Positions 39,383 through 50,625 of a DNA stretch of 64,000 nt are shown piece after piece. Position 1 is the stretch's first letter. Each line of letters begins with the position of its first letter. The stretch is from Octopus bimaculoides (Eukaryota). The stretch covers positions 36,775,535 to 36,839,534 of the forward strand of contig NC_069002.1 in assembly GCF_001194135.2 (NCBI RefSeq). The letters are read 5' to 3'. Made by a program: the position numbers and the translations under genes. The notes below the pieces were generated by a model. It was given only the letters and a program-made list of their open reading frames with translations. It ran no database searches and was not told the DNA's origin.

Positions 39383-39778
39383 GGCGCAGGAGTGGCTGTG
39401 TGGTAAGTAGCTTGCTTACCAACCACATGGTTCTGGGTTCATTCCCACTGCGTGGCACCTTGGGCAAGTGTCTTCTACTATAGTCTCGGGCCGACAAAAA
39501 CCTTGTGAGTGGATTTGGTAGACGTAAAACTGAAAGAAGCCCATCGTATATATGTATATATATATGTGTGTTTGTGTGTCTGTGTTTGTCCCCCACAACA
39601 TCATTTGACAACCGATGCTGGTGTGTTTACGTCCCCATAACTTGGCGGTTCAGCAAAAGAGACCGATAGAATAAGTACTAGGCTTCCAAAGAATAAGTTC
39701 TGGGATCGATTTGCTTGACTAAAGGCGGTGCTCCAGCATGGCCACAGTCAAATGACTGAAGCAAGTAAAAGAGAGTAA
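39383..39778 (+). mobile_element. tRNA-derived SINE family A, near full length (reference copy)
   Basis: A-box-like TGGCTGTGTGG, B-box-like GGTTCATTCCC, then GTGGCACCTTGGGCAAGTGTCTTCT, a central (TA/TG) tract and tail ...GACTGAAGCAAGTAAAAGAG. More than 15 homologous pieces occur in the window. Confidence 0.85.
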
Positions 39779-40554
39779 AGAGGAGTTTAGAGAAATTTAG
39801 TAAACTCATTTATGAAGCTGGTGTTTTAAACAATTTTAATTGGAAGGTTTTGGTTTAGATATGAATACTTTAAAATGGGTAGTTTTTGTATAAAAGAACA
39901 AGAGGCAGTGTTAGATAGGTTCAACTCAAAAGAATCATTAGAACTTAAGCTAAAAGGTTTGATAGTTTAGTAGAGCACTGAAAATAGTTGCATAAGATAA
40001 TTTTGTTGATCTTTCTTGGTTGCCATTAGAAAAGTAGGACGTTTTTACATTTGCCTTGTAGGTTATCTAATTTCTATGGAATAATAGATACTAGAAATGT
40101 GATACTTTTCAAGTGATTTGAATTCCTCACAAAAGCCAATCTTACAAAAACCGTCTTTGATTGGTTTTGTACCAGTTGCAAGAGAATACGAAGAATATTA
40201 ATGACTTATTTAGATTTTCTTTTAACCATATGTATTGTGCAGCTTTGTTGTTCCTCTGATGAAGGACTACGTGTAAACGAGTAAGCTTTGGCAAAAAACA
40301 TGTTCAGGCAAAGGTGCATTGGGTTTAACTTAGATGAAACTATAAGTGAAACAATCGGACCCACTGTGTTGGTTAGTGATTAAACTACTGTAAATATAAG
40401 ATTTATAAATGTTAATTACTCTGAACTTTATTAATGATGTTAATGCTCTAGATGCTTCTATTGATTAGAAGTAAAAAAAAAAAAAGAGAACTGCAGTTTT
40501 CAAAATTTTATTTTTAAGGCATACACAGGAATTTAATATTGTTACATATTATGG

Positions 40555-41000
40555 TGTAGGCATGGCTGTTTTGTAAGAAGTTTCCTTTCTAACCACATGG
40601 TTCTGGGGTCAGTCTCTCTGCATGGCATCTTGGGCAAGTGTATTCTATTATAGCCCTAGGCCAACCATAGCTTTATGAGTGGATTTGGTTGAAGGAAACT
40701 GAAAAAAAGCCTGTTGTATGTATATATATGAATATGTGCACGTTTGTGAGTATGTCTGTCTGTTTGTGCTTCCTTGTTTTGATATTTCAGTATAGTTGTA
40801 AATGTGTGCCATTGTCACACAAGCAGTGTCATTCATTTCCAACATTCCTTGAAAACATGTCTGGTCATGGGGAAATATGACTTTGCTTGGAAACAAGGGA
40901 GGGTTGGTGACAGGAGGGCATCCAGCTCAAGAAATCTGCTTCTACTAAACTCTGTCCAACCCATGCAAACATAGAAAAGTGGATGTTAAATGATGATAAT
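40555..41000 (+). mobile_element. SINE subfamily A2 copy
   Basis: A head plus RTE-like tail ending GTTAAATGATGATAATGAT. Confidence 0.7.
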
Positions 41001-41587
41001 GATTATTCTCATGTAGCAGGTTGTAGTGTGAAAATGATTTAAAAAAGATTCTCTGTTTTTGATGAATATGTGTGAAATTAATTAATTTTAATTGTTATAA
41101 TTTTCATATAATAAAGAGGTGAGCAAATACTGGAGGAAAGCTGTAAAGTTCATAAATTTGGATCAGTTTGTTTGTTGTGGGGAGACAAGAATCACACTGT
41201 TTTGAGCAAAGTTTTTCATTGGAATAAGGAACTTTGGTAAAGGGCTTTACTCACAATATCAAGCTTCTGGTCTTCTAAAGTATACAAACTTCACCATGCA
41301 TGGTAGAATAAGCAGAAGATTCTTCACCTTTTGAGTTTAATATCAATGAAACAACTCATTTTAGTAACAGTATGTTCCTCTCCTTTATGTCATAACTCAT
41401 TTCTTCTCTGCATTGCACAAAAATTTATTTTACTTTACAAATTTTATCTGCTCTGCTGCTCAAACTATTTGAAAATTAAAACTAGTTCTCCCTTCTTCCC
41501 TTAAAATATAAACTTTTCCCTTTGTATTCAGTATTGTTTTAATGTAATTCCAAAATCTATTTTTGTTTTTGTTTTTTTCTCTTAAAG

Positions 41588-41698
41588 GTACTGATATATC
41601 TAATGGTGAGGAAGTGGCAATCAAATTAGAATGTGTGAAAACAAAACACCCACAGCTACACATAGAAAGCAAAATCTACAAAATGATGCAAGGTGGAG
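41588..41698 (+). CDS. CSNK1D/E: CK1 delta/epsilon exon 2 ([36 protein letters not shown]; catalytic K38), 111 nt
   Basis: T-rich tract + AAG acceptor ending 41587; donor GTAAGA at 41699; phase 1/1; continues exon 1 in frame. Confidence 0.98.
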
Positions 41699-42007
41699 GT
41701 AAGAGGAAATTCTGTCATTTCATACATTGTTGAATATTCCACACACACAAACGTTCTGGTATTTGGACTGTTGATCTCCATAGTAAGCTGATAATTCTTG
41801 TATTGTGAAAGTGGTTACCAAGAACAGATCTAAGGTGATTAGAACCAAAGATAAAACTAGAATTATTCAAAAGACAGCATCACCAGAGAAATAGGTATAT
41901 CATTACTGTTAATTAAAAGTGTTTCAGCAATGGCCATCCTGTCAGATTTTCACATACAGTATGTCTAGCACAACATTATCCATTGCATCCTTTATTTCTT
42001 AAGTGAA

Positions 42008-42328
42008 GGTGCGTGGCTGAGTGGTTAGGGGATTCAGCTCATGATTGTTAGGTCGTGAGTTCAATTCCCGGCAATGCGTGGTGTCCTTCAGCAAAACACT
42101 TTATTTCACGTTGCTCCAGTCCACTCAGCTGGCAAAAATGAGTTGTACCTGTAATTACAAAGGGGCTGGCCTTGTCACGCTATGTGTCAGGCTGAGTCTC
42201 CCTGAGAACTACGTTAGGGGTACACGTGTCTGTGGATTGCCCAGTCACTTGCACGTTAATTTCACAAGGTGGCTGTTCCGTTGATCGTATCAGCTGGGAC
42301 CCTCGTCGTCGTAACTGACTGAGTGCTC
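42008..42328 (+). mobile_element. tRNA-derived SINE family G (central domain resembles Meta/V-type SINE cores; tentative)
   Basis: A-box TGGCTGAGTGG, B-box GAGTTCAATTCC, then GTGTCCTTCAGCAAAACACTTTATTTCACGTTGCTCCAGTCCACTCAGCTG. Confidence 0.7.
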
Positions 42329-43507
42329 CTATTTCTTAAGATAATAGGGTGTGGCCATGTTTAAAATATAGACAGGAAATCTAATTTGTGGTTGTCATCC
42401 AATTAAAAGATGTAATATGGATCTAATATCCTGACTGGTGATTGCAGCTGGCTGTGAGTAACTAAGGGCTGCTGGTATTGTTTCTGGAAAGCAGCGACCA
42501 GCATATTTATTACATGTCATTAAATTTGATCTATTTTATAGTTTGTAGAGTGTGTATTATAAGATATACACTAGAAATTGCATTAAAAAAAATGATAGTT
42601 CAATCTGATGTATGTGGAATGCAGACATTAAAGTATAACGAAGTACTAAGTAGTAAATACATAAACTGTCTCCCAAGTAATGTGGTATTGAAGCACAGAA
42701 ATAGGCTGTCGTCTCACCTGATACCAGGAGATGACAATAGTCCTTTTTGATTCTAATTTTGAGGAAAAGGGGCAAGCCAATACCATTGACCCCAATACTT
42801 TATTGACCTGAAAGGATTAAAGGCTGAGTTAAACTTTGCAAGGTTTGAACTTATATTGCAAAGAGCTGGGAAGCCTTTTTCTCGCTCTCTGAGGATTTCT
42901 GCCAGTTTGTCACATTATTGAATGGAGTACTATTGAAAATACATTTGATGATTGTTGGACCAAACTGAAGCACAATAGTGAAGCTAGCGATAGCAGCAGG
43001 GAAAAGATGCTACAGTATTAAGATGACTAGTTCTGAAAGATTTTTATCACTAGTTTATCAATATCTATGAAATGACATGTAAAATTCAGAATTTGATTGG
43101 TGTTTAGAAACTTATCAGTGCTTTATAACATACAGAAGTAGAGCTAATACGTTAGAGTTGGTCCCCTGTTGAGTGTTTAAGAGGTGAAATTCCTTTTGGT
43201 TGATCATGAGATAAAGCTCAATGATTTTCAAATAATCTAGATTTTATATAATTGCTCTATAACTATAGTTATACATTAGTCTATGTTGTTTTCATGACAT
43301 TTTAGTGAACTATCTCCTGATGTCGGGAACTTTTACTGTGTCTGCTGGATTTTTGTCTTTTGTTTTTTTCACCAGCAGCACTAGTGAAGTTGCCTTGTGG
43401 CTTATGTTTGGCAGTGAGAATGAGGAAGGGACGGTTCAAAGGAAGGACCCAGTTGTCTGTCAGCTTTCCATTAACTTAGATCTTTCATTCAGTATGTATT
43501 CATTACA

Positions 43508-43642
43508 TTAACCCTTTAGCATTCAGATAACTCTGTCAAATGTAATGCTTATTTATTCACATTAGCTTCACATTATTCACAGGGACATTGTAGGGTATGT
43601 GTGAGAGGCCAGATAAGCCTAGTTTAAATGCTAAAGGGTTAG
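43508..43642. mobile_element. piggyBac-like MITE (family E), internally deleted
   Basis: TTAACCCTTTAGCATTCAG...AATGCTAAAGGGTTA. Confidence 0.7.
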
Positions 43643-43923
43643 ACACACATACCAGCCAAGCTGGCTGGCTTAAGTACATTGCTAATTGCTCAGGTACCAA
43701 GCTGCTTTAATTTATTTGTATCTAACCTTGCACATTCAATGGATCATATTTTATCTTTTTCTCTTTTCCCCAGCCACTGTTGGTCTCCTTTGTTCATCAT
43801 CCTTACATATTTCACTGTTATATGGTGTCTTATATTGTCTGCCTTTCTTACAGCAAAACCTTTCAACACCATTGGAAGAGACAATTCTCTGGACTTTGTC
43901 CCAGTCAGTTTTTATCCTAGTGG

Positions 43924-43993
<70 letters not shown>

Positions 43994-45650
43994 TACATTC
44001 TAACTAGCAGAATTTATCTTTGTCTTCTTGTAAGCCATTTGTGTTAACCAGAGTTTTTATTTCAAGCCTTCCCTTGCTACCCGCATCTCTATTAAACTCT
44101 GCTGTATCTGGTGCATTTACAATTATTGTTTTCAACCAGTCTGCAAGAAATCCTAATGTATTTTTCATTAAAATTTCTTTCATTGAATACAGCACTGAGA
44201 TCCTGCCAACTCTCATCTGTATTGATTGAACAAACCTTATTGTTACAGCTATTGTTTTTTTGTTTGTTTTTCTTCTCTGGTCTCTTTTAATGATTTGTGT
44301 TAATATTTACCTGTTGTCTTTTGGAATCTATTCTGTTTGATAATACTAGAGGTAGTTACAATTAGCAAACATGTATATTGTATGTGTGCTTTTGCAAAAA
44401 TATGTTTCATATGCAGCTGAATGAAACTCAAGTCATGAGTTTGAACGCGCACGCACACACACACACACACACCTGGTCTGAAGAGGAATAATTGCCCATA
44501 GGATCCTCAAAAGCTCAAGAAATGTGGTTTGATGCACGAGATCATTTTTCAGTGACTTAAAGATGTGAAATATTTCAATGTCTAAATTAAGCAGAATGTG
44601 AATAGTTAAGTAGCTAGTCGTAGGAAGGTCATCTAACTGTAAAATAACCACTCCAATTATATTTTTGGTTATTATGATTTTTGGTAATACTTATGAAATT
44701 TGCCTATTATTACCTCAGTTGATTTCCTTTTTACTATTGTGAAGTGAAAGAGAAGTCATGTCACAAAATTAATGCTGAAATTATCTGTTGCTCCATAGTA
44801 AAAGGTTTCAATCCTTGGTCATGTCTTTAGTAGTTCTAGAATCTGAACTTTACAGTCATTGCTTTTCATCCTTTCAGGGTCGATAAATTAAGTACCAGTT
44901 GTGTACTGGGCTCAATCTAATCAACTGGCCCTCTCCCCCAAAATTTCAGGCCTAGTGCTTAGAGTAGAAAAGATTATTATTGTTGTTGTTGTTATTATTT
45001 CTTTTGGCTAAATTAATATTGGAACAATGAACCTTGTCTAATACTTCAACCTTGCGTCTATTCTGCCTGTACCTGAGTCAAGTATTTCTCTATAATGTTT
45101 ATGAATTTTTATGATTATTTTAGATGCTATTGTCTTTATATTAGTATAAATCTTGTTTCATATCTTAGCAATATTGAAATTTCATATCAAATGTTCTGTT
45201 AGAACTTTAACTCCATATTTATTTTGAATTGCATTTCTTTTTTAGACCTATCTAGTTGTGTCAGCAGTTTTGAAATAGTATTATGTCAGTTGTTTTTTTT
45301 AATTTTTAATAGATAAATGAAATGTTCAAGTGTAACAGCTTGAGATATACTACATTTTAATATATATTTAATGTTGCTTAATGATTATTTCCAAGTTGCT
45401 TGGAATAGTTCAGATTTTAAAGTTTTAGATGAATGGTAATCTATACATTAAAATCAACACGGTTTAATTGTCTTCTCTGCTTAATATTAAATGTACCAAT
45501 TATATTTTTTGTAAGTTGAAGTCCATATAGCAGAAGTGAGCTAAAACATTAAAATTTAGTGCACAACAGAGTTCAAGGTCAGTCTGTTAAACACTGATGG
45601 TGATAGGGTTTTATTTGTTCTTTTTTTCTTTTCTTTTTTTTTTCAATATA

Positions 45651-46514
45651 TGTGGTCTGATCAATAAGTATCTGGACTGTTGCTATAGTAACGAAGCTAA
45701 AGCACGCAGAGTGAAGCTGCTTGGCACAGACTGACCTTGAACTCTGTTGTGCATGTGCACTAAATTTTACTGTTTTAGCTCACTTCTGCTGTTTATTAGC
45801 AGTGCTTGGAAGGAAAGTGTGTAGTATGTAATTGTCACATTGACCATGACACAAAAAGTTGAGTAGAGAATCTGCATCAAATTTTGCCAAAAGCTTGGCG
45901 ATACCTGCTCAGAGACCTTTGCAAGTTTTAAAAAAGTTTTCATCGTTCTCAACACGATCAAGGAAATCTTGTGCCACTGAAACCTGAGTGTCTTTTTGGT
46001 CAGCTGAAAGCAGTTTTGGCAGACATGTATCTCATATCCAAGCCTCCAGAGATAATGGACTGAACTGAACCGTAGCTAATCTGCACACCCTCTGATAACT
46101 CGTGGATGGGGATTTGACAATTTCTCCTCACAGCTGCATGCATATCTGATGTTTTTCAGTTCTGCTGGTTGTGGGTCTCCCAGAAAATTTGTCATTATCG
46201 ACATTTTTTTCAGCCATCTTGGAAACATCTGAACCACTCATACACTTGTGTGTGGTTCATACACTTTCTGCAACTTTGCATAGGCCTCTGAGCAGGTATT
46301 GCCATGACAACTTTCTCTGTCATGGTCAGTGTGATGATCACCCGCTACACACCTTCCTTCCAAGCACTGCTGTAAATAGCCGAAGTGAGCTAGAACATTA
46401 AAACTTAATGCGCATGCACTGCAGAGTTCAAGGTCAATCTGTGCCAAGTGGTTTCACTCTGCGTGCTTCAGTTTCGTTATGGCAACAGTCTGGATACTTA
46501 TTGATAAGACCTCG
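45651..46514. mobile_element. Fold-back mariner derivative made of two inward-facing 5' ends, TA-flanked
   Basis: TIR (TA)CGAGGTC.TATCAATAAGTATCC.GACTG at both ends. + arm encodes MTQKVE*RICIKFCQKLGDTCSET. - arm encodes decayed mariner HTH sequence (VYEWFRCFQDG...SGRP...ISYGSVQSII...DRVENDENF). Confidence 0.85.
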
Positions 46515-48869
46515 TATTATCATGTAATTAGCTATGTTGTCATCATTTCTATAATAAAATCTTTTATAATTGTACTTTTACTTCCTGATCAGTGATAAAC
46601 TATTAAGCATTTTATTCTATTTTTAAACAATTGACACACTCTGCTTCAGATATTTCTAAATCTTAGAAACAGATCTTTGTTATAAGAATATAAATTTCTG
46701 TTATTATTTTCAGTGTGTCTGATTCTGGATTTTTTTATTTTTTTATGTTGCAATAAAACATACTAGTTGTACTGATCCATTAGTCATCAGCTGTTTAGTC
46801 AGCTAGTCTATGAAATACAGTCCTGTAAAACTTGTTTGTTATGCTAAGCATCAGTACTTGCTACCACTTTCACTGCAATGGATTTGTCATCTGAAACCGG
46901 GATAATCTTCCTCTTGTTCAATCTATACACTTCAGTTATGGCTTTGTTCACAGTTCAGGGTTATTGAGGTTGTTAGATATGTAATTGTGTAGTTTAACGT
47001 AGCAATGATTCCAACAGATTTTATCATTGCCCGTTTCTCCTTGTTTTATTTTCCTTTTGATAAAAAATTTGGATTTGAAGGAGATCTGGCTGCTATTTCT
47101 TGCAGGTTGAATGCTATGTTTGCAGTATATGCATAAGTTACTAAAAGTTTTGACATAATTTCAGTTAGATATTGCACTGTTTCTGTTGGTGAAACAAAGG
47201 TTGACTATCAATTACTGTTTAAAAATTTTAGTGATTTGTTTGATTTAAAAAAAAATTTTTTATCTTCCAACATATTGTGTAAGTTTACTCTTGTCAAGAG
47301 TCCATTTGATTCATTTTGTTTATTTATGGACTAAAGTTATAAAATGAACAAAGCAGATGTTTTAGAACAGTAGTTAACACTCACTGACCAGTGAAATTAG
47401 AAGTAGGTGTGATAGTTGTTTACAATTGAAAGGTTTTATGCACCATAAGGGCACACATAGTACAATGTCTGTTGGTAGGATTCTTGTTCAGAAGTCCAGT
47501 ACTTTTTTAACAGTGAACCAATATAACATTTATTTTAAATAGACCATATTTTATCTGTATATTTATTATTTGAAAGGTCACAAGGTCAGAGATCAATACT
47601 CTCAATGTTGTCATAAAGTAATTCAATGTAAAATAAGGATTTTGATGTCAATTTTTTTTTTAGATGTCTAAAATTAAATTATTTTTATTACCTTCAAAAT
47701 TCAAAAGTAAAATGGAAAAGATTTATCATTTTTTTGCTATTTTTTTTTTAATTAAGCCTTGTTTGTTTGTTAATTTTTTTTTATTATCAAACCTTTTTAT
47801 TTATCTATTTCATTTAAGCTGATTTTTGTACCAACTAGACTAAAGTTAATAAGGGTAAATGGTGGAACTAATCTTGATCAACTTGAAAATTATTAATGAT
47901 GATTTGACATAAGGTTGATGAGCAGATGATTACAGGAGTCTAATGAAACTCAGGATAGTGTCACTCTATTCATGAATAAACTGCAGCCCATGGGAGTTTT
48001 TGAATGGCATGCCTAATGAAAAATTATCTTCACTTTTTTTAGTAGTGCAACATGCCTGATGATGGAGTCATGTCTCCTGTGATCCACTTCTGAAAAAAGG
48101 TTGCCTATTGTTCTGACCAAACTTCACAATAAAACAACCATGTCCACACAAAGTACTGTTGATGTTGTGAAGCCCCAGGTCAATTCTATGATTGAAGGCT
48201 TTCCAACTGTTACCATTCGGTTAGATTTCCAAAGTAATTCAACCAGGACTACATTATTCACTGTGTCTTCAAGAAAGTAGAGTGTGATTTGAGAGACATT
48301 CTAGCAGCTTGAGTTGCTGTATAGTCTTCTTTGTGGGTTTGGCAAAACACTTTTATAGTTCAATTAATTAATAACTTGTTCAACGAAGAAAAGGCTCTCT
48401 TAATGTTGTTTCATACATGATGGTCCCTCATAAACTACCCCACAAATATTAGATTATTGGGGGAGGTAGTCTATGAAAAACGTGGGTTATTGAATGCAAA
48501 CAAAAATGTTATTGTCAGGCCATCACTGATTTGTTGACCAACAGCTCGTTAATCATTGCTAACCAGATTACAAATGGAAGGTTTTGTAGCTTTGTTCATC
48601 CATTTATTCCACTTAATGTCTGTTTTTTTCCGTGGCCTTAGATGGGAGGTAATGAAAACAGTATTTTGACAGCTGGATGCTTTTCTGGTTGCCAACCCTT
48701 ACCTGTTTTTCAAGCTATGGGAGTTGTTTTTTATTCCCAAGAAACTCGATAACACAGAACTAGCAGACAGGAAACGTCAATGACCATCAGCTCAGCCACA
48801 AATAGTGACGTCACTAATTGTGGCCATAGTGCAGCATAGTTTATTAACCTTTGCACACACACAGCTTCT

Positions 48870-49020
48870 TTCAGTTTCTGTCTACCAAATGCCTTTATTA
48901 AGCATTGGATGGCCTGGGGTTTTAGTGGAGGGCACTTTGTTGTAGGTGCTGCAAAGTGAGACTGACCCCGGAGCCACATTGTTGAGAAGCAAACTTCTTA
49001 ATCACACGGCCCTGCCTGTA
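48870..49020 (-). mobile_element. SINE family A 5' half
   Basis: Reverse-complement head. Confidence 0.6.
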
Positions 49021-49776
49021 TCCTCATACAAGAACTGAATATTGGTTATGAAAATTTTGTTTTGTATTTGGTTTGCAAGATTCTTTATGTGAATTTGTGT
49101 GTCCACTTTCCCCAGACATAGTAAAAGATTATGAAAATATTTATTTATCAAATATGAATTAAATTGATGTTTTACTTCCTTGTAATAAAAGATTTGTTAA
49201 AGTAGTTTTGATACAAAGAATTTGGAAAACAAAAATTGTAAATTGTTTGAAAACCAAGCAATAAATCTGTTTAATTTTGACTCTGATTACATCATTTACT
49301 TGTGTGACAATTGTGAATTATTTTATTATATAGTCATACCTAAGGTAGCAGCCTGGCAGAGCTGTTAGCATGCTGGACGAAATGCCAAGTAGCATTTCTT
49401 CCAGCTTTTTGTTCTGAGTTCAAATTTTGCTGTGGTTGAGTTTGTCTTTTATCCTTTCGGGGTCAATAAAATGTGAAATATTGGTGTTGATGTAATTCAC
49501 TCCCCCACAATCCCAGCCCTCAACTTTCAGACCTTGTGCCTATATCAGAAACAATTATACAGACATATGTGATTGATTCTAGCAGAGGCTCTAAATATAT
49601 ATTTTGTAATTCTAAAAACTATATAGTTTTTGTCTTTGATAATTGATTTTATTGTAAAAAGTTCTCAAACTGAATTGGAGTATTAAATTTATTTATTTTT
49701 TTTATGTCAGAATTTTAAATGTAAAGACATTGTTTTGAACTTNNNNNNNNNNTTTTTTTTTTTTAACTATTTTCAG

Positions 49777-49925
49777 TAGGAATTCCCACAATCAAATGGG
49801 GTGGTGCTGAAGGCGATTACAATGTCATGGTCATGGAGCTTCTTGGTCCCAGTCTTGAAGATCTATTTAATTTCTGTTCAAGAAAATTCAGTCCAAAAAC
49901 TGTGCTTTTGCTTGCAGATCAGTTG
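49777..49925 (+). CDS. CSNK1D/E: CK1 delta/epsilon exon 3 ([50 protein letters not shown]), 149 nt
   Basis: TTTCAG acceptor ending 49776; donor GTAAGA at 49926; contains the CK1 signature [10 protein letters not shown]. Confidence 0.98.
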
Positions 49926-50104
49926 GTAAGATTTGATTTTCTTTAATTTTTAATTATTTTGTATTGTATATTTTTTTATATCTATTTGAACCTAGTCACT
50001 AGTGTTGTTCATTTATTCTTTTGTTGTGAATTTTTGATAGAGAGAGATTTTTCACCAGTAATATTTCTAATTAATGCACTTAGAGTGTAGGAAATGTATT
50101 CAAT

Positions 50105-50625
50105 AACACTTTGCAGCATCTTGGGCAAATGTCTTTGATTGCAAACCCTGGATTGACCAAAGCCTTGGGAGTGGATTTGGTGGATAGAAACTGAGAGAAG
50201 CCTGTCAATTGTGTGCGTGTGCATGCATAAGTGTGTTTATCCCTTGTGTCTTTATATTTGTGAAAATCATTCAGCTATGAGTGGTGACATTGCTGTAATT
50301 TCCCCTGTCAGTGGGTCATTTACTGGCTTTTGAATCTTGAAGACAAGTGGAATAAGGTATCTCTTACTTGAAAAATACTTAATGGTTAACAACAGGAAGG
50401 GCCATCTGGTTGTAAAACATTGCCTCAATAATACATTTGTCTCCCCCCCCCCTGGCAGCATGGAAAAATCGATGTAAAAACAAACAAGATGCAAGCATGG
50501 CTGTGTGGTAAGAAGCTTGCTTCCCAACCACATGGTTCCAAGTTCAGTTCCACTGCATGGCACCTTAGACAAGTGTCTTCTATTATAGCCTTGGGCCAAC
50601 CAGTGTCTTGTAAGTGGATTTTCCA
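50105..50625 (+). mobile_element. Two adjacent SINE A/A2 pieces (~50105-50480 and ~50492-50625)
   Basis: Core CTTGGGCAAATGTCT and a second head GGCTGTGTGGTAAGAAGCTTGCTTCCCAACCAC. Confidence 0.65.

Noticed and set aside
41580-41595. AG|GT at the exon 2 acceptor resembling a recursive splice site
   Set aside because: GT is dictated by the split Gly26 codon; no independent evidence.
48056-48085. CTGATGA followed by a GGAG/CTCC stem
   Set aside because: No GAAA after the stem and no stem I/III; not a hammerhead.
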